DNA of 64,000 nt from Octopus sinensis. Lineage: Eukaryota. Within the stretch, counting starts at the first letter, position 1. Each line of letters begins with the position of its first letter. Position numbers and translations under genes: made by a program. The stretch spans positions 10,788,001-10,852,000 of the forward strand of contig NC_042998.1 in the NCBI RefSeq assembly GCF_006345805.1, given 5' to 3'. Under the pieces are notes generated by a model. The model ran no database searches. It saw only the letters and a program-made list of their open reading frames with translations, and had not been told where the DNA came from. Shown here in pieces: positions 35,561-49,160 of the stretch.

Positions 35561-37758
35561 GGTATGAGGATACATATGAAGGTCATAATATGCAGATCTA
35601 CACAAGCAATGACATCCATCCTTGCACACATACAGTACATGCATCCATATGTTTATTTACTGACAAGAGCACTTATATACATGTATACATGCATACGCAC
35701 ACGCAAATATATAGGGATTCCGCACAGTTTGTTTCCCTAACGCAGCGGGACTCGGTCCGACTTGAACCTCGTAACAGCTTGAACTGTCCTCTGTAGGTGA
35801 AATTTAAACTATTTGCTGATGAGTATATTGAGTAGTGAACGACTTACTAACTACTGTAACTAGAAACCACACAATTAATTAATATGAAATATTACAAGCC
35901 AAAAGGCAAATATTTACATGGGTGCTCGACCTGTCAGAAATAGCTACCAAATCTACCTCAACACCAAAAAGTCATAAAATGAAAAAGATGATATGATGAT
36001 TAGAATTCCGATTATAGATAGGATGGGGTCTAAACAACAATAACAACAGCATTATGCAAGCTTGTATCCACTTCTATCGTCTACCTGAGAACATTTCGAT
36101 TGCACTGTTTACAGAAACCAGTAACATTTGATTGCAGGCTGAACATGCACGTTTCTGTACCAAATTCATATTTTAACGAAACATGTGTAAATAGTTGATC
36201 AATCATAATATCTGAAATTATTGTTTTATCTTACCAAATTGTAATAACATATTTGTTATCCTTATATCTAAACGTTTTCTGGTTATTAACCAAAATCAGT
36301 CCCGAAAATGCTCGAAGGGAAGATGTTTGGTTCATATCTCGAGTCTCTGTGTTCTTCATAGTTTATTAATTTAAGATACATTCTTCCAGTATACAACATT
36401 ATTTTTTCTGACATCATACAAATTGGAGACAGTTTCTTTTCAGTAACTTATTACCTACAAGTTAAAGCGTCCAATGAAAGTACGTAATTGGAAAAGAATG
36501 TACTTAGGATCTAAGACAACGCACCAAATATTTGTGACACAACATTATACTTAAGTTGAACTATTCGCTTTTGTGTTATCTAGTTCTGTATTATTATTTT
36601 TTTTAGAAATGATAAAGTGATCTAGTGAATGGAGACCTTTCCAAGGATGTATAACCACTTCAAAAATGTATATTTAAACACGTTTTAATACTCTAAAGAT
36701 TTTTTAGATGTAAGACTGGTGAAAAATCTTAATCTTAATGGAACATGATCTTGGAAATATTTGTAAAACCTTTTAGAATCCATCATTTCTGGAAAATGCT
36801 ACTACTGAAATATCAAGAATATCTTATAATAGATTCAAATCTCATCATAGTGATCAGAAAAACATCCTGAAGTTATGGAAAACTTATCATACTAAAGTAT
36901 TTGTACACTCAGGAGAGTGTACCAGCTATTTAATAATCATTACTATTTATAAATAATATACCCATCCACAAAATACACATCCACAGAAACATACATACAT
37001 ATACTTACATTTCCATCCATCCATCCATCCATCCATCCATCAATCCATCCATCCATCCGTCCGTCCGTCCGTCCGTCCGCCTGTCTGTCTGTCTGTCTGT
37101 CTGTCTGCGTTGAACACTGAGAATGTGTACTCAACAACGCATTAGTGGATAAATATTCGTTATTTTTAGATTAGGCTATACAGGCTACCATTGGTTTCAT
37201 GGTGAGGGAGATAACATTTTGCAATTATCAATCTTGTCGCATGAAACGTTGTTCTTTTCCATCTTGGATGAACACAAGGTAAAATTATGTGAGATCAAGC
37301 GATATTCAGAAGTAAGCAAACAAGTACGCTTATCAGAGGGAACGACTCACGAATTATTATCTCCTTTACATTAAACTTAGTTCTAAAGTTTATCCCATGG
37401 CTTACATTACCATACCTGCATAATGCATTTCAAGTGTATGCTCATAACAGTTCGTATTTGCATATATCTGCGAGTGACTGCGTAGTTTCACATGTTTTTC
37501 ACAATATATTTCCATATATTTTTCACATTATTTTGCGTTAAACTTAATGCATTATATGGTTTTAGGTTCCTGTGTCTATTTATACACAAGTTCATGTATA
37601 TATTTATAAGTTTGTCTATTTATTCGTTATACGAATCATGTGGTGTCATACGGAAATCCACACACACACACATGTGTATATATGCATACACACATACACA
37701 TATACGCATATAAACACATGGATGTACACGTCTTTACATACTTGTACACACACACACA

Positions 37759-37793
<35 letters not shown>

Positions 37794-38407
37794 CATGAAA
37801 TGCACCTATGTACACACACGCATGCACATCTTTGCATCTGATTATGCATTTTGTTCGTGATTGGGTGTGTATTCGCAATTATGGGCTTTCGCATCTTCCA
37901 CATAACTGATGTCTAACTTGGTTCATAAGGTTGTAAACACTTGGCGGTGTGGGTTCATAAGTTCGTATATATCATGTAATGCCATGGATATGTGTGGTGG
38001 CCATGCATTTGTTTCATGGAGGAGCTCAGCATAAGTTTAAGAGGTCACGTGTTTGTTTTGCTTAAAGTTCATATAAGGCTTATAATTGATATATGAGAAA
38101 AAAGCTATTCAAGTTGAAGAGATTGCAAGTAGGTGGGGAAGGGAATCCTGCTTGAAATTTTGGGGTGTGAAATGTTGCTTATTCAGGGGCAAGAGGTTTT
38201 ATCCGTAATATGTGAAAAATTCGCTTTTGAAAAATGTTTAAGTAATGATTTCATTGTTCAATTAAATGAAGCCGCTTGAAACGGTCGTACAACATTACTA
38301 CTTCATATCCTGTTGCTTAATTTTTTTTATTCACCTTACTTCAAGCTGTGTGGATAATACCGGACTGACCTGGTGATTCAACTTAAGTACCTAATTCAAC
38401 TGAATTG

Positions 38408-38622
38408 TTTTATTCTTTTATTTGTTTCAGTCATTTTACTGTGGCCATGCTGGAGCACCGCCTTTAGTCGAAGAAATCGACCCCAGTACTTATTCTTCGT
38501 AAGCCTAGCACTTTTGCCGAACCGCTAAGTTACAGGGACATAAACACACCAACGTAGATTGTCAAGCGATGGTGGGGAGACAAACACAGACACGCAAACA
38601 TATACATACATACATACACACA

Positions 38623-38717
<95 letters not shown>

Positions 38718-38867
38718 ACGGGCTTCTGTCAGTTTCCGTCTATTAAATCCACTTACAAGGCTTTGGTCGGCTCAAGGATATAGTAGAAGACACTTGCCCT
38801 AGTTGCCACACAGTGGGACTGAACCTGGAACCATGTGGTTGGTGAGCAAGTTACGCACTCCTGCGCC
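38408..38867 (-). mobile_element. SINE family A
   Basis: Reverse complement of family A with an expanded (CA)n/(TA)n tract. Confidence 0.88.
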
Positions 38868-40369
38868 TATCATAATATAAATTAATATTTTACTACTCCT
38901 ACGCAGAATTTGTAATACCATTACTCTATTTAAAATCGCTTAACTTTCTCTTGTTAAATAATGGTGATCTACCAGACAATATATGGGCCTAGACATTGCT
39001 TTATAATCGTATAACTTTTATTTGTTATATAATAGTATTCCTCCATACAGTGAATATACCTAAAAGTTGCTATCCGTTTCAAGTTTGGCCCATTTTATTT
39101 TACTAGCACAGGACAACAAAAAGGAAAAGAAAAGGAAAAGAAAAGAAAAGGAAAGGAAATTTCTTCTTTACTTTTCTGGTGATGAGCTTTGAAATTTTGT
39201 TTCGTTTCGAGAGTGTCATTATGCCAATATTATCCAACACGTGAATTCACATAAAGAATCTTGCAAACCAGATACAAAAATGAAACTTCGAAAGTGTTTA
39301 CTTCAATCAGAACGACTAGCCTTTGACAGGCCCTTTTATTTACACCAGGGAGAGGAGCAATCTGGAGCAGGTAACACTTTCAACTTTGTTGAATTAAAAT
39401 CAGCAATTGTCAGTCAAAATAACTGTTTCGATGCTAACTTAGCTTTGAATGAAGTGTAACCCTCTGCTGTATTGTCTAACTAAAGCTAGATAGATTTGAT
39501 TTTTGAGAACTAAATTATCTGACTAAGAATTTAACAGGATGCCAATAAGAGAATATTGCCTCTTGCTCGGGATTTTGTACCATCGATTTGATTTTACTTG
39601 GAGCTGATGAGTAGATCGGTGTCAAAGCAAACGAATATCCTTATACGAACATCTTTTATCGGTTCTTGCACAAAGCAAGGACATATTTCCATAGAAAGTT
39701 CAAATTGACTGTGACAAAAACTTAACAGCTACTTCTTTGTCGTATGCTAAACACACAACTCTCAGCTATTTTCTTTTAATGGTATCACGTAACTAATTAC
39801 ACTTTGTTCTCATAACTGCCTTTTTATAAATATGCTATTTACAATTCAATAATTCAAATATAAGCCTAATGCAAAAATTGCATTGTTTCGTCTTATGCTT
39901 AGAATAACAGAATTAATGCAGTGTACAACCAACCATCAGTCACAAACGAATATGGTTTGGTAACATGCACCATGCTTTTAATAATTGCTTTAGGTGCCTA
40001 TGCATTCGCCAGTGGATATAGACACACTCTCAGCTTTTTACCCTTGATCAAGAGGTACACACATACAGAATGCGACACCTGGAGTAGAGAGAAGGCTGCA
40101 GCGGCTCTCTGCAGATTCTTATTATAGTTGAATAGAATGGGTTGTCGCGAAATGTGTCTTCCTGAAGAACACAGCGTGTCTAGGAATTAAACGAAAGACC
40201 TTATGGAGATCTCAACCACTACGTTAGAACCTTCTACGTAAAACTAACGTTAACATTATTTGCATATCTTTGATCCTTATTTGTCTATCGTTTAAACATT
40301 ATGCGTCTATGGTTTGTTACATGACTATTGAAAGTTATTCAATGATTACTATATATATATATATATATA

Positions 40370-40765
40370 TCTTTATATATAAAAGTGAAGTTGTGTGTCT
40401 ATCTCCTACGATTTAGATTCCTAACTACTCCCACATTTTGCGGTGCAGTTTAACCAAAACCGGGTATCTTATAGTCGTGATTCATATCGAGCCCTTCTGG
40501 GTATTAGCGCGCGTCTACAATGAGTCTACGATTTTAAAAATATTTACCATCATTTTTTCCATTTTAATGCATTTTTTCGATATTATATAAGGGAAGTAAC
40601 TCTCTAATAATGTCTACGATGAGTCAACGATTTAAAAAAAAAATTACCATCATTTTTTATTCCATTTTTAATGCATTTTTTTGCTATTATTTTGCTATAA
40701 CTCTCTAAAAATGATTATATAGTTATTTCCCTTACAAACCGAGCAACGCCGGGCGATACTGCTAG
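40370..40765 (+). mobile_element. Non-autonomous Helitron (same family as 26665-27057)
   Basis: A|TCTTTATATATAAAAG...CCGAGCAACGCCGGGCGATACTGCTAG|T. Confidence 0.88.
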
Positions 40766-40794
40766 TATACATATATATATATATATATATATAT

Positions 40795-41125
40795 TGGTTG
40801 GCATCCTTTTTATCTCGGGAGACAATGGAGTTGCGCATAAAGTAGTCTAGTCCGGCTTTTATATTTCAAGTCCTGATACATTTCCTGCTGTGGCTGTGTA
40901 GTCCTATCCTGGACAAACACTCCCTCTGGCAGGTACCGCAAATGTAGCGAAGACTGTTCCTGGCTGGTTGTAGTGCCATAGTTTCTTGTTGACGTCTCTT
41001 CTTTTCTTTCCATTTCTCCTCTCTCTCTCTGTCACTCCTTTGTGTTCCCTCTTTTACGGTACGTCGCCATTCTCCACGGTTGCCGGCAACTGCCTCCCAA
41101 CCGCTAATATTGATGTTGCAGGCCT
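40795..41125 (-). mobile_element. RTE (BovB-like) LINE 3' end
   Basis: WEAVAGNRGEWRRTVKEG..YICGTCQRECLSRIGLHSHSRKC, followed by a short 3' UTR. Confidence 0.88.
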
Positions 41126-42689
41126 TTATGTATATATACTTCATTTTTATGTATATATACTTCATTTATATATATATATATATACTTCATTTATATATAT
41201 ATATATACTTCATTTTTATGGTTAAATATTTAAAATATTAGCGCATGAAGTATCACTAATTTATATAAATACTTTATTCTAACTTATTTGTTACAACCTT
41301 AAAAGTTTATGTTTTACTTAGTGAATCTATCTCTATATGTGTAACTAGTTACAGCCAAAGAATCTTTCCTTACTAAATGACTTCTCTTCAATTTTTTCTT
41401 CCATTTTCTCCTCTCGTGTCGTTTATCCTAATTATTATTACACAGCATTGTTAACGTAACTCGTCTTTATTTTATTGCCATCTCAGAAGAAATTTATTAT
41501 ATATACATTGTTTTGTTTTGCATTTTCCCTTACTTTAATCTATTTTTATGTATTCAGTCTATAAAACTTACTTTGCTTGTCATTGTCCCTGTCTCAGTTA
41601 TATTTTCTGTCGTTTCTCGTCTGTACGCCCAGAATGTTACGTTACTGACATCACCAACTTGAACGATATTGTAGGAAAACTGTCGGAATTGTGATGGTAT
41701 GTGGTCGACATAAGGGGGAGAGCGTGTTTGCATTCCCCCCCCGTTTATTGTCTTATAAATTTTTTCGTCGTCCTTCTGTGTACTTACCAACACTGATATT
41801 AACCTTTGCAATGTGCAATAGGTATAAAATTTTAGGCGCTTTTAACATTACTATTGTTATATTCTTACTGTTCCATAAGTACCGAATATGATTCCAACAC
41901 TACGTCGTGAAATAAAGTTTATCAGATTGAAATAGATAAGCCGTCGCTTATGGCCGTATTCCAAAGGTGCTGGTCAATATACTAGAATATTTTCTAAAGA
42001 AGTCCCCAGTAAATAGCCCAGTCTATCTCCCATTTGATACATTATGAAAATGTGTATTTTACTGCTAAAAGAAAACTATAAATTTTCTTACCTCGCATGC
42101 TTAAGACAGGTTTTACAATGAATCTGAAGAATTAAGTTATAAATTACAATTCTTTATGGTATTAATTAGATGGTAATGCAATCTTTATTAGTTACTCAAA
42201 CACATATTACAATATCGAAGAAAAAATATGACAAAATATACACTAAAGTTAACTGTAATACTATGAAAAACTTGAATACGTTGTATGAATTATGATTATT
42301 TGGGACACGTGTTTTTCCCCTAAACGCAGAATATGATGTTTAAATAAAAACGTTTTGAAAACTTACGTATGGTATAGCTTAATCAAAATTCCCTGCATTA
42401 TCTAAAATTTTATTTGAAGTTTATTTTCACCTTTTTCTTAAAAACTAGTTTCAATGTAAAAAAAAGTAGAAATACGATAACACAATATAATTATGATTTA
42501 CAATATTTTCTAATACTCATATTGTTATTATACGAAAGGAATTTAATTTATACCTTCTATGCTGAAAAAGAAATTCTTGCGAAGCTTTTTGTCAGTAATA
42601 CACAGACACACAAATACATCTGACACCTACATAAATAACGATATCAACTGTCGGGTCCCTTAATATTGGATTATTTTTACTTTATGAAC

Positions 42690-43074
42690 TCTAGCTTTAA
42701 AGGACTAGATGTAGCTGAATATGATACAACTTAATAAGTTGCAAATTTGATTGGTGCATGAAAGAAATATAAATTTAGAATATTCTCTTTTAGAAATTAG
42801 TCAGGTGAGAAGTTATAGTGACCATGTCCTATGCAGAATCTCCTTAACTGGTGAAACTAGTGTAGTTGATATACGGGTTGAACATCTAGTTAATGTCTGT
42901 AGACTTTGGATAAATGAGAGGTGGAAAGAGTTAATAGAAGATGAAACGACTGAACTTCTACTTTGAACGATAAATGTTATTACTTCTCTGGCCATAAATC
43001 TTTCCATTACGGAAGAAAAAACTGTTTCGTCCAATGTGCTCTCCCTGATATAAATACACCGAACACGTAAATAA

Positions 43075-43125
<51 letters not shown>

Positions 43126-44150
43126 CACTATCAGCTGTGTTTAGAATGTACTGAGTATACAAAATTACCTCCTTAGTATTCATCCCGCATCATCTCTAAC
43201 TGTAAAACTAAAAAAAAACCTATCTAGTTAAACAAGATTTTATTTGGCAGGATTCAAATTCTGGAATATTAGAATCATAAATATCATTGCATAGACACCC
43301 AAAAAATACTATAACCAATTGTAAGTACCTTGTATCTACTAAGATCAAATTTAGTAAAGATGTAGTTTCATTCTTCAAAGATTTAGTTACACTATGTCTT
43401 TGAGGAATGAAACTCATCTTTACTACATTTGATTTTAGAAGAATCATGACGTTTATGTGATTATAACCCTGCATTATTGCTGCTAATCTGAACTGTCGCT
43501 TTATGTATCTGATCGCTGATTCATTTACAACTCTAAGCGATACATATTGGTTTCAGACAGTATTATAATAATAAAATTTACGTATGATGCATAAGTCAAG
43601 GGACTTCAGTCAATCATGTGTTGAAAGTTTTTGGTCTGTAAGGTGACTTGTATTCAGCAAGTTATCTCCAAGTAAGTTTCCCGACATCCTAATAGAGTAT
43701 TCTCTTCTTCGTACAGGTCATTACTCCTTTTGCTAAGACAGTATATTCCGAGTTATAATTTCTATGACAGAACGTCGAATATAATCGATATGTTTAGCAT
43801 TAATGAGTTAATCAAGCAATACATGAACAAGCTACTAAGCCAGCCCCTTTAAGATCAGAACCTGAACCTTGGTCGTCTGAAGCGGAACAGAAATCATTGC
43901 ATCCAGATATACAATTTCCTCGCTATGCAGCTCGTTCTCTGTAGACATTAACTAGAAGATATTCAGACTGGGTATCGGTTACACCAGGCTTACTAATTAA
44001 GGAGGATCTACAAAGGATACGGTTACTATCATTTCTCCTGTGACTAATTTATAAAAGAGAACACTACACATCAAAGTCTCTTTTAAGCAGTACTCAAATT
44101 GGCAACTTGTTAATCTGTATCATGTTAAAGTACATCTATTCCTCTCTCAG
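42690..44150. repeat. Pair of about 210-bp diverged inverted repeats (42690-42905 and 43945-44150)
   Basis: TTCTCTTTTA(G/T)AAATTAGTCA, CTCCTTAA and CTAGTTAATGTCT are shared in opposite orientation; roughly 70% identical by eye. Confidence 0.7.
43336..43443 (+). other. Long hairpin (about 46-bp stem, 15-nt loop), pre-miRNA-like or MITE
   Basis: TAGTAAAGATGTAGTTTCATTCTTCAAAGA versus TCTTTGAGGAATGAAACTCATCTTTACTA, extending outwards. Confidence 0.7.
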
Positions 44151-46344
44151 GGGTTAATAATGTAAATATTATTCTATACTAAGTGATCCAAAATGTGATG
44201 TCTTTTGTTTATCTTTTTCTCTTAATGCCAAACTGATTATAGTAACAAGAGTTTGGCAATGCATAATATATAGCACTATCTTTACATGGTAATCGTTTAC
44301 TATTTTCAGATTGGTGAGATAAGTAATAGCTGTCCTTTCTAAGTACACATATAGATTATGACACACGTACTTGCAAACAGGGGACTCAATGGACTGATTC
44401 TTGAAATTCAATGTAAATTAATGTTAATCTTTTAAGTATTGCAAATGTTTCGTATAAAAGGAAATATCTCCACGTTGGAAAGGATTGTATGAATAACATT
44501 TACTTCTCCTTTCCCGCCTCATTTTTCTCCAGGATAAGAAGCAAATCTAACAAATACTCCTTCTTTAACCAAATGTATTTAAATATCATGTTAAATAAAA
44601 CACACATTCATACTTAAAACTTAATCTTAAAAAAAAGATAAAGAAAACTTTTTAAAGATTTCTTGTTTATGTGATATTAAGGATTTCAGAGTGTAAAACG
44701 TAAATCTCTGATTAGTTGGATTGCTAATCCAATGCATTTGTTTCACATATGCTTGCTACAAATGCCTCACTATTGAGACTGAGGAAAATGGGTTCTTTTA
44801 TTCTTTTGCTGGTTTTAGAAGCTGGATTGCACTCATAATGGTACACTATCTCCAAAGGTTTAAGTTGCTCATGTCGACCACAATATTACCGAATGCCAAA
44901 ATTTCTTTTGACGCTAAGGAAACTCGATCAACAATTTTACATTCATGCATACAAACGAACATTCCCACATACATGCACATCACACACACGCACGCACGCA
45001 CGTACGCACGTACACACGCACGCACGCACGCACGTACGCACGTACACACGCACGCACGCACGTACGCACGCACGTACGTACCGACGCTCTCACACACATA
45101 CGCACACAAACATACACGTACACACGCACACACACGCTTACAAACACACACACACACACGCATTATGTTATACTATATGTTATGTGTACGACAGGCTTCC
45201 ACACTTTTACCATCAAACAACCTCCAATCTTAAAGCAATGTTCATTTAAAAATAACTCATTTAAATAAGATACTAAATGTCTTTTTTTCGATAAGACACT
45301 GAGAATTTGTTATTTAGAAGAGGTTTGTCCTTAATTACAATTTCTAGTTGACATTAGTTGCGTATGTGAAGTGAAATTATTTCAACTATGAATCGAGACT
45401 ATTTCACAATTCGACTGAAGTTCATCGCTTTAATATTACATATGGCGAGCTAACTAGGAAGCGTCTATAGATCCACTTGATCTGCTAAAAGCAGTAGCCA
45501 AATTTTCCTCAAATAATCACTCTTATAATATTTGCAAAAACAGAAGAAAACATTGGATAACGGAAATTCCGCACAGAATGAGTGAAAATAGGCGGCATGA
45601 CCGCAGTTGGAAAGCCTTTAAGAATACCGACTTGGGGCTGAAGAATAGCAACAATTCTAAATGAACCATTGGATTTCAGCTTCAATTAAAAATTTCCAAT
45701 GAGTCTTCTAAAAATAAAAAAAAGAGAAAAGATAGGACAATCGACTATATGTCTGTTTGTTTGAGAAGGAACCCCACACTAGGCATGCTGGTGTGCATTT
45801 TCCGAGGTATGCCTTCAGCCATGAAAAACAAATAATTGGGCGAGCGCTAACATATCCTATGTCCATGACGATAGTCGTCAGTTATGGACCGTATGGATAT
45901 ATGCAATGGTAAATTTCTCTCCAAGATGCACGCTTGGATAAGATATTTTCTATGGAACTCTAGCAGCTGCCCATACAAGCATGTCTCCCCACTCCAAGCC
46001 ACCAATGTTGCTTCAGTGAATGTCAACGTATAAAAAGCCTGGTACCAATGACGTCACAAATGTTACGCCAGAAAATAGAGAGCCAGGCCAGATAGAGAAT
46101 GGTATCTCGTCTGGCGCTAAATACATTATCATACACTTGTACTTCATTTACCATTCTGCTGGATGTTCTAATGATACTACCAATTTGTTGCCTTGAATAC
46201 ATGTGGCATTGAATTAAAATCCTTAATCAATTAAAATTACTAGAATTGTGATATGGAAAAAAAGTAAAAAAGAAAAGTTACTTGCTTCTACCTATCTTTT
46301 TAATTGATTCCGTCATTGGACTGCGGACATGCTGGGGCATCGCA

Positions 46345-46493
46345 TTCGAGGATTTTTATTCGAACAAATCAACTCCTCTCCTTATACATTTTAAGGCTCG
46401 TAATTATTTTATCGGTCTTTTTTTCCGAGCTGCTAAGTTACAGGGATTTAAAAAATCATCGGTTGTGAAGCGGGGGGTAGGGTGACAAAGTCA

Positions 46494-46532
<39 letters not shown>

Positions 46533-46790
46533 AAGCACCGACAGACAGTCACACACACACCACACACACACACACACACAGACACACAGAGACAGACAGA
46601 CGGACAGAGACACACAGAGACAGACAGACGGACAGAGACACACACACACGCAGACAAAGGAGTATGCTCAGAATAGTTTCTGTCTCTCAAACTCATTCAC
46701 AAAGTATTGGTCAGCCTGGGACTACAGTAGAAAAAGGGGCTGAACCCGCACCTATATGATTGCAAAGCCAACGTTTTAATCACAGAGCAC
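46345..46790 (-). mobile_element. Diverged SINE family A
   Basis: TTTTCCGAGCTGCTAAGTTACAGGG..ATCGGTTGT, internal (CA)/(GACA) tract and TTGGTCAGCCTGGGACTACAGTAG. Confidence 0.6.
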
Positions 46791-47614
46791 TGGTTCTATT
46801 AAAAAAAATTCATGGGCGACAACTCTTGAATTTTAATTATTTAAAAATTGAATGGTGAGGCCATGGCAGGAACATGCAGTAGAGAACGAGCCTTATCTAT
46901 GCTAAGTACACTGACATGCCTGACATTCTCACAATCAGCGACGTTTGAAACAATATCTATTTTTTTCTTTTTCTTCCTCTTACTCATATAATGAATAATA
47001 TCTTAATGTTTACAAAACTTTAACAACAATATAGACCTTGACACACAAAGCTGAATAAAAACCTAATATTCTAACAAACAACTTAGGCAATAACTCTTTT
47101 TTTATATCTCTTCCCTATCAAGATTTTTTCGTTTTCACATTTTCACAACCAGACATTTTCTACTTTGTTACTCCATACTTAGCTTTTTTTTTCCTTCATT
47201 TAACTAAATTTTTTTTCAAGATCTTTTGTTGATTTATCTTTTTCGCACTTAATCTAATTTCTCTTGTTTTCCTTCTCTTTTAACTAAACGTCAAAAATAC
47301 ACGCATGTTCTTTTCATTTCGGTTTTTCGATTATCGCTTTATATATCATTTTTTTTTTTTTTGTCTTTCAACTGTGCATTTAATCCGTCCTTTATTTTTC
47401 TATTTGATGATGATTGTTGATGATAATGTTGATGATGACAATGATGATGATTACCATCGTCTTCGTCATCGTCATCATCAAAAACGGATACTGTTACTAA
47501 CACTTTTGGTGCTGCTTGTGATTATACACATATATACAAGCATACATACATACGTGCATACATACATACATACATACATATATACATACATACAAATATA
47601 CATACATATATACA

Positions 47615-47837
47615 TTACTCTTTTACTCTTTTACTTGTTTCAGTCATTTGACTGCGGCCATGCTGGAGCACCACCTTTAATCGAACAACTCGACCCTGGG
47701 ACTTATTCTTTTTGTAAGCCCAGTACTTATTCTATCGATCTCTTTTGCCGAACGGCTAAGTAACGGGGACGCAAACAGACCAGCATCGGTTGTCAAGCAA
47801 TGCTAGGGGGACAAACACAGACACACAAACACACATA

Positions 47838-47879
<42 letters not shown>

Positions 47880-48044
47880 TACGACGGGCTTCTTTCAGTT
47901 TCCGTCTACCAAATCCACTCACAAGGCTTTGGTCGGCCCGAGGCTATAGTAGAAGACACTTGCCCAAGGTGCCACGCAGTGGAACTGAACCCGGAACCAT
48001 GTGGTTGGTAAACAAGCTACTTACCACACAGCCACTCCTGCGTC
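47615..48044 (-). mobile_element. SINE family A
   Basis: Near-consensus reverse complement. Confidence 0.92.
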
Positions 48045-48073
48045 TATTGCATATATACATTGCATATATACAT

Positions 48074-48134
<61 letters not shown>

Positions 48135-48799
48135 GTATAAGTGTAGTTACTTGTATATGTACGTATGTATATGTGTGTATATATGTAAGTGTCTGGGTGC
48201 ACGTGCATATGTGCACATGTGAATATATATGTATGAACCAGACCTATATCTATTGATTTATGCATAGATTTTCTGTTAACAAAACGGCGCGTAAACACTT
48301 ATGAATAAATAAATAAATAAATAAATAAAATTTTAAAAATGAAATAGAAATAAATGTACGGCATTTCTTAAGATAAAAATGTACTGAATAAAGACAAAGA
48401 AAAAGTACTTTATAACGGGAGAAAAAGGAAAATAACGAAAATAAAAGGCAAAATAGTAAATAAAACTAAAGAAACCGACGTGCATATAAAATGTTTTGCT
48501 TTTTCTCTTTGTTTTCCCAATTGTCTGTTTGTCTTGATATTTTTTTTACGTTTTGGAGTTCTGCTTTTCTATTAAAAAAAAAATCTTTTAGAGTTTTGTT
48601 CTTGTCATTATTTTATTACTCTTTTGTTTCTATCTTCAGAAAACATCCGAGAGTAAAAGCAATATGCTCATTTCTACAGCATAAGAAATAAATACGAAGG
48701 TTATTAACAGTTGTTATTCTTCATATTGCATAATACATTCTATTAATTTATAACTTTTAATTGGTTTTATCTTCTCTTTAAATAATAATTAATGAAATT

Positions 48800-49160
48800 G
48801 TTTATCCTATAAAATAATAAAGCCAGAAATTTCGGGCAACTCGGTAGTCGATTACGTTGACCTCAAAGCTCGGTAATTATTTTATCGACCCGAAAGGGAA
48901 GAATGGCAAAGACGACATCGGCGGAATTTGAACTCAAAACATAAAGATGGACAAAATCCCGCTAAATATTTTCTCCGGCATGCAACAGATTCTACCAGCT
49001 TGCCGCCTCAATAATAATAATAATGGTTTGAAATTTTGGCAGAAAGCAAGCAGTATCGGGGAAGGGGTTAATCGATTACATCGACCCCAGTACTCCAATG
49101 GTACTTATTTTATGGAAGGCAAAGTTGACCTCAGTGGCATTTGAACTCAGAACGTAGAGA
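48800..49160 (-). mobile_element. Two diverged SINE B fragments
   Basis: GGCGGAATTTGAACTCAAAAC and GGCATTTGAACTCAGAACGT B-box reverse complements. Confidence 0.65.

Noticed and set aside
38255-38310. GAAACGGUCGUA as a hammerhead stem III, with a possible PLE remnant upstream
   Set aside because: Core and stems I and II are too degraded, and the upstream GIY-YIG similarity is only a few residues.
42905-43945. One continuous 1.4-kb palindrome centred on the 43389 hairpin
   Set aside because: The inner segments on either side do not align; only the outer arms and the small hairpin are symmetric.
45780-46230. Very old Tx1-like RT-thumb fragment
   Set aside because: There is only a GGL-like hint; this is not enough colinear motif evidence.
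47305-47763. 152-aa ORF with Asp/His runs
   Set aside because: It is built from T-rich sequence, (GAT)n/(CAT)n, (CATA)n and an antisense SINE A tail.
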